NCBI GenBank assembly: GCA_964494015.1 | Contig: CAZBQC010000002.1 | Coordinates: 1-49,941, forward strand | Length of the DNA: 49,941 nt | Direction: 5' to 3' | Origin: an uncultured Muribaculaceae bacterium | GTDB taxonomy: Bacteria; Bacillota_I; Bacilli_A; RF39; UBA660 | Shown here: in pieces, positions 9,529-17,570 of the stretch | How the letters are laid out: the number at the start of each line of letters is the position of its first letter | Position numbering within the stretch: the first letter of the stretch is position 1 | Notes under the pieces: model-generated | Database searches by the model: none | Seen by the model: only the letters and a program-made list of their open reading frames with translations | Told to the model about the DNA's origin: nothing | Translations under genes and position numbers: made by a program

Positions 9529-9548
9529 AAACTTGGTATGAAAATATC
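9529..9548 (+). repeat. Partial copy of the AACTTGGTATGAAAATATC terminator-type repeat
   Basis: 20 nt identical to 14912-14931. The downstream half has diverged. Confidence 0.6.
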
Positions 9549-9581
9549 GATTTTAGTTATATAGGTAGGTGGGGTGATAAA

Positions 9582-9896
9582 GTGCAAGATGTTAAAGTTA
9601 TAACAATTTGTGGTAGTATGAGATATTCAAAAGAAATGATGAAGATTTCAGAAGAATTAGAGTTAAAACAAGGCTATGCAGTTATTCAATGTGTTTATAA
9701 TGTTGATGGTTCAAAATATGAAGAACTTGGTGCCACCATGTTAGATAGAATTCATCGTAAGAAAATAGATATTAGTGACTCAATTTATGTAGTTAATATT
9801 GATGGATATATTGGCAATAGTACAAGGAACGAAATTGAATATGCTTTAGAAAACGGTAAAGAAGTTTTATACCACGAGCCACCAGAAAAATATTAA
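9582..9896 (+). CDS. Small protein, possibly nucleoside 2-deoxyribosyltransferase-like fold
   Basis: 104 aa with a GTG start after GGTGGGG. ITICGSMRY near the N-terminus and IYVVN...GYIGNSTRNEIEYALENGKEV resemble the Rossmann-like deoxyribosyltransferase/DUF4406 pattern. This is a weak call. Confidence 0.35.
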   Translation: MQDVKVITICGSMRYSKEMMKISEELELKQGYAVIQCVYNVDGSKYEELGATMLDRIHRKKIDISDSIYVVNIDGYIGNSTRNEIEYALENGKEVLYHEPPEKY

Positions 9897-9961
9897 ATAA
9901 ATAGGTAAAAATAAAAAATTTGAACCCCCTTTTAATTCCATGCCAAATATGTATTAGTTTA

Positions 9962-9988
9962 ACTTGATATAAAATTATCAAGTTTTTT
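9962..9988 (+). terminator. Intrinsic terminator
   Basis: ACTTGATA-TAAAAT-TATCAAGT followed by TTTTT. Confidence 0.65.
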
Positions 9989-10344
9989 CATGTAATTATA
10001 AAATGTTTAGACGGATGGTATTGATCAATAACCAAAACATAAGTATTTTCTAGTAGATAATCATCACTAGGATTAGAAACTCTAAAATCTGAAGTTACGT
10101 TAAATATTATATCACATGTATAAAATCAATATTGGAATAAAAAATTGATAAAGGTTTATATTTCTTAGAAATTAATATTGTAAAATATACTAGTAAATGT
10201 TATTATTTTATTATGATTTGTTAGATAGTAGCCGTTGATCTGAATGAATTTATTCGGGTTTTAAAAATTCTAAATTGAAATTTAAAATCCTTTACTTTCA
10301 TTTGTTTAAGCCAATGGAGTTATGTGAAAAAGCAAGGAGATTCT

Positions 10345-12102
10345 ATGAAAAGATTATTGATAATTATTTTGTTAATTGTAGCTTTTATGATTAGACCACT
10401 TGTAGTTAGAGCAGATTTAACGGAGACGCAAGCCAATAATATTGCTACTTTTGCTGAACGATTTATTACTGAAGGTAATAAAAGAAGAGATAGTAAAGGG
10501 TATCCTTTGCTTGCTTATAAAAGTAGTGATGCTCGTATTGAGGGTTATTATGAACGTCTTTACTATATAAAAAATGATTATCATCATTATTACAAATCTA
10601 ATGGTAAGAAGGTATACATCAATGGCAATCGCTGGGTATTTAACTGTGACTCTTTTGTTTCCTATGTTTATCGACATGTATATGGTCTTATTCTAACTAA
10701 GAGTAAAACATCAAAAACTGATGGTTATAGCGGTTTAAAAATAATGTCATCGACAGCTGCACCATGGACAATGAGTAATTATATTAACGATGCTGCTGCT
10801 AGTACCCATTTTTATTTTATTAAGAGAAATATTAAAATCGCTAGTTTAAATCTTAGTATTCTTAAAAAGGGAGACTTAATTATTAGGGATACCTCTCATA
10901 TTATGATCTATGTAGGAAATGGTAAGATTGCTCATGCTGCTACTAGTCATTTAGATGGTAGTGTTAAGAAAGATGATATGGGATTACAAGTTACAAACTT
11001 AAAGACTCGTTATCCTGGTACTACAATTAGTGTTGCTCGATTAAAAGATCATATTATTAGTCCAAGTGTCAGTGCCAATATGCAAGTTAGATGGATCGAT
11101 AATGGTCAAGTTATGAATTTGGCTTCAACAACAACAACAACAACAACTACTACACCATCACAGCCAACTAGCGATACAACTAAACCAGTTATCGGTTCGG
11201 TAACAGTTAACACGAATTCGTATAGGTATGCTTTAATATCATTTAGTGCCAGCGATAATACAGGAATAGTCGGCTGGAAAGTTACTAGTAGTCTATCAAC
11301 TCCAACACTTTGGAACAGCGTTGTTACTAATAAAAGTATTAGTATTGCAAACACTTCAGTTGCTTTCAACGGAACATATTATTTATGGGTAAAAGATGGA
11401 GCTAATAATACGGGGTATGAGACCTTTGTCGTTTCCCATATCGATTCCAATAAGCCAGTTATTAGCAGTTTTACATCTATTAAACAAGCTAATGATAAAT
11501 ATGTATTAAAAGTAATTGCTAACGATAATGAGTCCGGTCTTGCTACTAATGCCTATTCTTGGGATGGTAAGAAAACATGGCAAACAATCAACGTTTTGTC
11601 TGTCAGTGAGTTTAAGACATATACGGTATATGTAAGAGATGCTGCCGGTAATGAAACCAATGCTGTCTATACTCTCAAGAGCGAAACTATCGATGATAAG
11701 CAAGCACCAAAGATTACCTATCATAATATTTCAACAGTCGATGATAAACAGCAAGTCAGTATTTTAGCAAGCGATACTGGTGGTTCGGGAGTAGCAGGTT
11801 ACTATGTGTCAAAAAATACATCGAAACCGACAGTCTCATCTAATTGGGTGAGAGTTGGAACCACTAATTATTCATTTGAAGCCGAAGCTGGAAGTTATTA
11901 TCTTTGGGTTATTGACAAGAGTAATAATATATCAAATGAATATTATAAAATAGTCGTCGAAGCAAGTAACAACAGCAAAACAGGATCATCAGTTGGTAAA
12001 AATATCCTTATAATTATCATCTCTATTGTTGTCGGTATTCTTGGATTCTATGCTTATCGCTATTTAAAACGAAATAGTTTCTCTAAAGATAATTATATGT
12101 AA
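10345..12102 (+). CDS. Cell-surface protein: signal peptide, NlpC/P60-like cysteine peptidase domain, poly-Thr linker, three Ig-like repeats, C-terminal TM anchor
   Basis: MKRLLIIILLIVAF signal peptide. NCDSFVSYVY (Cys) and SHIMIYVGNGKIAHA (His) match the NlpC/P60 pattern. T9 linker. Three ~100-aa repeats each contain SD/NDN..G and YYLWV/YTVYV...NN. The tail has ILIIIISIVVGILGFYAYRYLKR. Start moved to the ATG at 10345 (AAGGAGA 4 nt upstream). Confidence 0.7.
   Translation: MKRLLIIILLIVAFMIRPLVVRADLTETQANNIATFAERFITEGNKRRDSKGYPLLAYKSSDARIEGYYERLYYIKNDYHHYYKSNGKKVYINGNRWVFNCDSFVSYVYRHVYGLILTKSKTSKTDGYSGLKIMSSTAAPWTMSNYINDAAASTHFYFIKRNIKIASLNLSILKKGDLIIRDTSHIMIYVGNGKIAHAATSHLDGSVKKDDMGLQVTNLKTRYPGTTISVARLKDHIISPSVSANMQVRWIDNGQVMNLASTTTTTTTTTPSQPTSDTTKPVIGSVTVNTNSYRYALISFSASDNTGIVGWKVTSSLSTPTLWNSVVTNKSISIANTSVAFNGTYYLWVKDGANNTGYETFVVSHIDSNKPVISSFTSIKQANDKYVLKVIANDNESGLATNAYSWDGKKTWQTINVLSVSEFKTYTVYVRDAAGNETNAVYTLKSETIDDKQAPKITYHNISTVDDKQQVSILASDTGGSGVAGYYVSKNTSKPTVSSNWVRVGTTNYSFEAEAGSYYLWVIDKSNNISNEYYKIVVEASNNSKTGSSVGKNILIIIISIVVGILGFYAYRYLKRNSFSKDNYM
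11126..11146 (+). repeat. (CAA)7 trinucleotide microsatellite encoding part of the poly-Thr linker
   Basis: Read directly. It is in frame (ACA codons), so length changes would alter the linker rather than the reading frame. Confidence 0.9.
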
Positions 12103-12150
12103 AAGCAGTCTCATTAAAGCCTAATCAGTAATTATATAAAATTCATCGTT

Positions 12151-12180
12151 AACTGTATTGAATTAAAATACAGTTTTTTA
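12151..12180 (+). terminator. Intrinsic terminator
   Basis: AACTGTATT-loop-AATACAGTT followed by TTTT. Confidence 0.65.
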
Positions 12181-12250
12181 ATTTTAGATTGTGGTATTAA
12201 GAAATGGATGTTAATCATATAATAATATGACTAAAAAGAAAGGAGAAAAA

Positions 12251-13141
12251 ATGCAAAGATATATTACTTTAGCTCTTGAATTACATTTGTTTTTTTCAAG
12301 AATCATGAAGGAACATGCTATTTTTTTAGAAGCAGGATTTCCTACTAAGGATAAAGGTTTTGTCGAGGAGGCAGAGCAGTATAAAAATGAATTTGAAAAA
12401 TTGCTTTTTGATGTTGTAAGCATTAGTAATGGATTAATTCGTCCTCAAATCTTGAATTCTGGCGAAATAGTTACAGAGTATACACTTAGTACCGAAACAA
12501 AGACAGAAAATCTTACTGGTATTCCGATAAATAAGAAGATTACTCTAATGGAGCAAGATTTAAAAATCAATAATACTTCACCGATGGCAATTAGTCCTGA
12601 TGTTATCAGAGGTATAAATAAACATGCTATAGATTTACTTGATAGATTAATAGCTTTCAAAGAGAAAATCCTAAATGAAATGCTATCTTGCAAGACTTTT
12701 ACTACAAACTATCCACTTTTAATAGATCATATTCTAAGAGAAGCTAGGTTATATCGTTCTTATGTTGCGGCTCTAGAAAATGGTCAGGATATTGAATTTG
12801 GTAATATTAAACAAGTCGAATTATTTTGGAATCAAATTATGATGGAACATGCCTTATTCATCCGAGGGTTACTAGATCCAACAGAAAATGATTTAATAAA
12901 TACTTCTAATGAGTTTGCCAATGAATATAAAAAGTTATTAGAAGAAACGATGAATATGACTAATGCCACTATCGAGAGTGTCAAAAATAAGACTTATCAG
13001 GAAACTTTAAAATATCGAGATTTTAAAGCTACAGGTACTAAAGGGTTGGATTCGTGTCAAATCAAATCCATAATTTTACCATTATTAGCAGATCATGTTT
13101 TAAGAGAAGCTAATCACTATCTAAGAATTTTAAAAAGTTAA
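12251..13141 (+). CDS. DUF2935-family protein (two helical repeats)
   Basis: Duplicated motif: LELHLFFSRIMKEHAIFLEAG and ELFWNQIMMEHALFIRGLLDP. Each half ends with DHILREA/DHVLREANHY. Start set at MQRYI (AAAGGAGA upstream). Confidence 0.6.
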   Translation: MQRYITLALELHLFFSRIMKEHAIFLEAGFPTKDKGFVEEAEQYKNEFEKLLFDVVSISNGLIRPQILNSGEIVTEYTLSTETKTENLTGIPINKKITLMEQDLKINNTSPMAISPDVIRGINKHAIDLLDRLIAFKEKILNEMLSCKTFTTNYPLLIDHILREARLYRSYVAALENGQDIEFGNIKQVELFWNQIMMEHALFIRGLLDPTENDLINTSNEFANEYKKLLEETMNMTNATIESVKNKTYQETLKYRDFKATGTKGLDSCQIKSIILPLLADHVLREANHYLRILKS

Positions 13142-13147
13142 AATCAA

Positions 13148-13181
13148 AACTTGGTATAAAGTATCAGGTTTTTTGATATAA
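13148..13181 (+). terminator. Repeat-family intrinsic terminator, copy 1 (AACTTGGTAT-AAA-GTATCAGGTT plus T-run plus GATATAA)
   Basis: 10-bp stem containing G-U pairs, so it folds only in + strand RNA, followed by TTTTTT. Nearly identical to 14912-14946. Confidence 0.6.
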
Positions 13182-13316
13182 AACTATAGTGTCTTTAAAA
13201 TTATTAAAACTTTTGTAAAATAAGGTTTTATTTTTAAATATCACATCTAAAAAACAATTAGTCGCTTGCTGTTGATAATAAAACTATAAAAAAATAATAA
13301 AATTTTACAAAAAATA

Positions 13317-13345
13317 TTGACAAAAAAAATCAATTATGTAATACT
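13317..13345 (+). promoter_or_regulatory. Putative promoter of the permease gene
   Basis: TTGACA at 13317-13322, a 17-nt spacer, then TAATAC. It is followed by a ~140-nt leader ending in a T9 run. Confidence 0.4.
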
Positions 13346-13489
13346 ACCTTATAGGATATCCGATAGACAATGAAAAGTTCAGTAAAGATTGTAATATTTT
13401 CATTATTAATCGATGACATTTTATTAAATATTTAATCTTACTGGAAACAGTATTTTTTTTTAAATTTTTTTGAATAGGAGGTAAAATTT

Positions 13490-14854
13490 ATGAAAGAAAA
13501 AGATACTTTAGGTTATTTACCAGATGAAAAACCGGCTTTTTTTGAACTGATTCTATTTGCCCTTCAACAAATAGTAGTAATGTTCCCAGCAACCGTTTTA
13601 GTAGCACTAATAACTGGATTTCATGTTTCAACAACCATCTTTGCCAGCGGACTAGCAACCCTGGTATTTATTTTGGTCACAGGCAAGAAAATTCCTTTAT
13701 ATTATGGATCGAGCTTCTCATACATAGCGGCAATTGCCTCTATAATGAGTGCTGAATCGTTTGCCAGTTACTCGCTTAATGAAAAAATATCAATTGCTCA
13801 ATTCGGTATTGTCATGTCCGGCTTCGTTTCCATTATTGCAGGTCTAATCGTAAAAAAGTGTGGCAAGAAGTTATTGAATAAGGTCTTGCCTGCCACCGTG
13901 ACTGGAAGTATAGCGATAATTATTGGTTTATCGTTAGCAACTAATGCTTTAGGTAATGCTTCTTCCGTACCCGGATCTGTTAAGGCAACTATGAACGCAG
14001 TAGCACAGAATTGGGCATGGATTACCGCCTTAATTACCTTAGTTTCAACGATTGTCTATTCAGTATATTTAAAAGGTAAATTAAGTCAGTTACCAATTTT
14101 ATTTGGCTTGATCACTGGTTATCTGTTTGCAGTTATTATTGATCTGTCAACAGGAATTGATTTTGTTAATTTTAACACTGTAACATCAAATAGTATTTTG
14201 AGTTTGCCAATATTCACCTTGCCTAAGCCAAGTTGGGCCGCTATTATTGCCATCATGCCAATAGCTATTGCTACGATACCAGAATCAACGGCTCATATTT
14301 ATCAGCTTGATATATATGTAAAAGAATTGGCTAGAAGAAAGAATTCTAAAAAGACTTATGACATTGAGAATAAATTAGGTGCAAATTTAGTTGGCGACGG
14401 AATTGGAGATATAGTGTCAGGAGTCATTGGTGGACCAGCTGGAACTAACTACGGTGAAAATATAAGTGCCATGGCGATATCGAAGAACTTTTCCGTCTCA
14501 GTTTTAATTGCAGCTGCCATCATAACTATGGTCATATCTTGTTTCACACCACTAATTAATATCGTATATTCGATACCAACATGTGTTATTGGTGGACTTT
14601 CAATATATCTATTCGGAGTCATTGCTGCTCAAGGAATAACAATCATGATGGATAAAAAAGTAGACATGTTTAGTTCAAAAAACTTAGCTGTTATTGCAGT
14701 TATCCTAATAGTAGGATTAGGTGGAACGTTTAATTATGATAGCGGAATGATTCCTATCTTTGGAACGAGTATTCCCGCTTTAGCAACGGCTTCCGTGGTT
14801 GGAATTATACTCAACCTGATTCTTTCAATAGGAGATAAGAAAACTAAAGAATAA
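13490..14854 (+). CDS. NCS2-family nucleobase (uracil/xanthine) permease
   Basis: 454 aa and polytopic. Strong RBS AGGAGG. Typical NCS2 segments include FALQQIVVMFPATVLV, IPLYYGSSFSYI, PESTAHIY, GDGIGDIVSGVIGGPAGTNYGENI and GGLSIYLFGVIAAQG. Confidence 0.85.
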   Translation: MKEKDTLGYLPDEKPAFFELILFALQQIVVMFPATVLVALITGFHVSTTIFASGLATLVFILVTGKKIPLYYGSSFSYIAAIASIMSAESFASYSLNEKISIAQFGIVMSGFVSIIAGLIVKKCGKKLLNKVLPATVTGSIAIIIGLSLATNALGNASSVPGSVKATMNAVAQNWAWITALITLVSTIVYSVYLKGKLSQLPILFGLITGYLFAVIIDLSTGIDFVNFNTVTSNSILSLPIFTLPKPSWAAIIAIMPIAIATIPESTAHIYQLDIYVKELARRKNSKKTYDIENKLGANLVGDGIGDIVSGVIGGPAGTNYGENISAMAISKNFSVSVLIAAAIITMVISCFTPLINIVYSIPTCVIGGLSIYLFGVIAAQGITIMMDKKVDMFSSKNLAVIAVILIVGLGGTFNYDSGMIPIFGTSIPALATASVVGIILNLILSIGDKKTKE

Positions 14855-14911
14855 GAAATAATAAAAATTATGATTGTTTTAGTCAACGATTACCCTCTAA
14901 GCAGTTCAGTG

Positions 14912-14946
14912 AACTTGGTATGAAAATATCAGGTTTTTTGATATAA
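14912..14946 (+). terminator. Repeat-family intrinsic terminator, copy 2; its tail forms the extended -10 (TGATATAAT) of the next gene
   Basis: AACTTGGTAT-GAAA-ATATCAGGTT followed by TTTTTTGATATAAT. Confidence 0.6.
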
Positions 14947-14966
14947 TAAAAATGTGGTGATTAAAG

Positions 14967-15674
14967 ATGAATTTAGTGAAAGAAAAATGGCGTGACAAAG
15001 ATGGACAAGAGTTCATCGAATATTTGGAAACACTAAAAAATCCTGAGAAGATTGACTGGTCAAGAAATATCCTGAATACTAAGATGCCAGTTTTAGCTAT
15101 TAAAACACAGGTCGTAAAAGATATTGCCAAAGAAATTAGCAAGGGTAATTCTCGATCTTTTCTAGATTTAGAATTAAATAATTATTATGAAAACTCTGCT
15201 ATTAATGGTTTCTTAATATCAGAGATAAAAGATTTTAGGATAATGAAAAAATATTTAGATAAATATATATTAAAAATAGATAACTGGGCCTCTTGTGATT
15301 TGCTTTCTTTTAATGTAAAAGATTGCGAGGGAGAATTTTATAATTTATCATTAGAATATACAAAAAGTAAGGAACCTTTTATTAGAAGAGTAGGTTTAAA
15401 TATTTTATTTAAAATGATTAATTGTGATGAGTACATTGATAAGATTTTTGCTGTTATGAATCGTTTTTATCATGAAGAACATTATTATGTCAATATGATG
15501 AATGCTTGGTTATTTTGTGAATGCTTTATAAAAAGAAGAGAGAAAACAATCGAATTTTTGAAAAACCATCGACTAAACAAGTTTACGATTAATAAGGGGA
15601 TAAGTAAATGTCGGAATAGTTATCGAGTTTCTAAAGAAGATAAAGAAATGTTACTAAAATACAAAGTAAAGTAG
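14967..15674 (+). CDS. DNA alkylation repair protein (AlkD-like HEAT-repeat family)
   Basis: 235 aa. The pattern DNWASCDLL and FIRRVGLNILFK with repeated helical units resembles the DNA_alkylation family. Confidence 0.5.
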   Translation: MNLVKEKWRDKDGQEFIEYLETLKNPEKIDWSRNILNTKMPVLAIKTQVVKDIAKEISKGNSRSFLDLELNNYYENSAINGFLISEIKDFRIMKKYLDKYILKIDNWASCDLLSFNVKDCEGEFYNLSLEYTKSKEPFIRRVGLNILFKMINCDEYIDKIFAVMNRFYHEEHYYVNMMNAWLFCECFIKRREKTIEFLKNHRLNKFTINKGISKCRNSYRVSKEDKEMLLKYKVK

Positions 15675-15701
15675 TAATGGTAGTAGGAGGAGATAAAGAA
15701 A

Positions 15702-16007
15702 GTGAATAAATTAATTCCTGTCTTTTATGGAGTCACAGAAGAAGAAAGTAATTATCACTATATAGAATATCCCTATAGTGAAAAATATGCTGGTAAAAAT
15801 ATAAATTTAGACTTAAAAGGCTTAAGAGAATTTGTTAAAGATTCAAATTTACAGAATGTAATAAAATATTATTTTATTACGGACTTAAGTAATTTTGAAG
15901 TAATGAACAATATTTATAAAGATCATAAATATAATATGATCACCGTAAAGATACCATTTAAGATTAAAATAGATAAGGTATATAAATTATTTGAGGAAAA
16001 AACTTAA
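15702..16007 (+). CDS. Hypothetical protein
   Basis: 101 aa with a GTG start 10 nt after AGGAGGAG. Confidence 0.4.
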   Translation: MNKLIPVFYGVTEEESNYHYIEYPYSEKYAGKNINLDLKGLREFVKDSNLQNVIKYYFITDLSNFEVMNNIYKDHKYNMITVKIPFKIKIDKVYKLFEEKT

Positions 16008-16054
16008 TAGTTTTTTTTATATATGATATAATTTAGTTATAGGGAAATAACTGA

Positions 16055-16657
16055 ATGGATAAAAGGAATAGTAACACTATTAATTATTACAATGAAAATG
16101 CTAAGTCATATTTTGATTTGACAGTTAATGTTGATATGAGTATACTATATGGTAAATTCTTGCTTCATCTTCCTAATCATGGATATATCTTGGATTTTGG
16201 ATGTGGCTCTGGAAGAGATAGTAAATACTTTATCGATCACGGCTATAAGGTTAGAGCTGTTGATGGCTCAATCAAATTATGTGAATTAGCATCTTCATAT
16301 CTTGGTCAAGAAGTTGAATGCATGAATTTTTCTGATTTTAATGATCAAAGTCTTTATGATGGAGTATGGGCGTGTTCATCAATAATTCATTTACCTCAAA
16401 ATGAATTAATTGATACTTTGAAAAGGATTAGTCGGTCGTTAAAAGATGATGGAGTTGTTTATGTTTCTTTTAAAAGTGGAATTGGTGACGAAATAATTAA
16501 CGGTCGATATTTCAACTACATGACTAAAGATGCTTTTATTCATTTGTTAACTTATTTTCCGGAGTTAAAGTTAGTTGATATATTTGAAAATTTATTGACT
16601 ATCAATTGTAATGAAGCAAGACACTGGAATAACTTTGTCTTACGAAAAGGAATTTGA
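16055..16657 (+). CDS. Class I SAM-dependent methyltransferase
   Basis: Motif I ILDFGCGSGRDS, then acidic VRAVDGS and GVWACSSIIHL. Extended -10 TGATATAAT at 16024-16032. Confidence 0.75.
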   Translation: MDKRNSNTINYYNENAKSYFDLTVNVDMSILYGKFLLHLPNHGYILDFGCGSGRDSKYFIDHGYKVRAVDGSIKLCELASSYLGQEVECMNFSDFNDQSLYDGVWACSSIIHLPQNELIDTLKRISRSLKDDGVVYVSFKSGIGDEIINGRYFNYMTKDAFIHLLTYFPELKLVDIFENLLTINCNEARHWNNFVLRKGI

Positions 16658-16719
16658 TATTTTTACTATTGAGGATAGTAATCATATTAAAAATTAATAA
16701 AAATTTTAAGGAGGTAAAG

Positions 16720-17166
16720 ATGGGAAAAGAAAAAATAACTTTTGAACAAATGTTGTCATCGATAATGGTATTATATTCTAACAATATTAATGATTATGAC
16801 TTGGATCAGATAATAAAGGATTTTCTTACTAAGTATAATGATAATAATGATAAATATGAATTAGTATTTGAACCTTTAAGATATTTGTCTCATTTTGTTG
16901 AGGAAAGAGGAGAATACTTTAGGTTCAAAGAGGGTTTTGAATTTAATACTGATATTAGTAAAACAATTCAATGGACTAGACCATGTACTTTAGAAGAATA
17001 TTTAGTTATAGTAGCTGGTAGAGAAGTATTTAATGACATGTATGAATTAATATTGGAAGCAAAGGAAGATGAAGTAATAGCTGAATCAGAGGAACAAAAA
17101 GTTTCAGCTGAACTTTTCGAAGATCCGTATTTTAAGAGATTAAGTAAGTTTTACGGTGGAAAATAA
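16720..17166 (+). CDS. Hypothetical protein
   Basis: Start set at MGKEKITFE (AAGGAGG 6 nt upstream) rather than the track start at 16654. Confidence 0.5.
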   Translation: MGKEKITFEQMLSSIMVLYSNNINDYDLDQIIKDFLTKYNDNNDKYELVFEPLRYLSHFVEERGEYFRFKEGFEFNTDISKTIQWTRPCTLEEYLVIVAGREVFNDMYELILEAKEDEVIAESEEQKVSAELFEDPYFKRLSKFYGGK

Positions 17167-17189
17167 TGCATTTCCACCGTAAAATTTTT
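17149..17189 (+). terminator. Intrinsic terminator; upstream boundary of operon 1
   Basis: 14-bp stem TTTTACGGTGGAAA / TTTCCACCGTAAAA followed by TTTTT. Confidence 0.8.
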
Positions 17190-17273
17190 GCAAATATTTT
17201 ATGAAACTATCTTCATTTTGGTAGGTTTTTAGATAAAAAACAGCACTTTCTTTAGTAAAATTATTAATAGAGG

Positions 17274-17301
17274 TTGACTTTTTAAATGAAAATCGTATAA
17301 T
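17274..17301 (+). promoter_or_regulatory. Putative promoter of operon 1
   Basis: TTGACT at 17274-17279, a 16-nt spacer, and a consensus TATAAT at 17296-17301. It lies ~120 nt upstream of the small precursor ORF. Confidence 0.55.
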
Positions 17302-17419
17302 AGTTTACAATTATATGGAGACATTATCCTCTTAGAATTAACTTTTTAACTAGTCTATGTAATTATTTGTGTTATAGAATTCGTAAGAATTTTATATAGA
17401 ATAAGAAAGGATGGTTTCA

Positions 17420-17518
17420 ATGAAAAATTTTGAAAAAAAAGTGAATCCAACAATTTCTGTTATCAAAAATAACGGCACAAAAGTTTGTATGGCTGTTGGA
17501 ACATGTCATTGTAACTAA
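17420..17518 (+). CDS. Unannotated 32-aa Cys-rich small ORF; candidate RiPP precursor peptide (MKNFEKKVNPTISVIKNNGTKVCMAVGTCHCN)
   Basis: ATG at 17420 preceded by AGAAAGGATGG. Lys/Asn-rich N-terminal half and a C-terminal CMAVGTCHCN with three Cys. TAA at 17516-17518. It sits immediately upstream of a radical-SAM/SPASM gene and is below the 60-aa cutoff of the ORF track. Confidence 0.65.
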   Translation: MKNFEKKVNPTISVIKNNGTKVCMAVGTCHCN

Positions 17519-17523
17519 TCACA

Positions 17524-17570
17524 CATAAAAGTGGTGTTGGCTATAACGCCGACACCACTTTTATGATTAT
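17524..17570 (+). terminator. Strong hairpin with a U-rich tail between precursor ORF and maturase genes (candidate leaky terminator/attenuator)
   Basis: 18-bp stem CATAAAAGTGGTGTTGGC / GCCGACACCACTTTTATG (one G-U pair), loop TATAAC, then ATTATT. GC-rich core GTGGTGTTGGC...GCCGACACCAC followed by TTTTATGATTATT. Confidence 0.65.
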
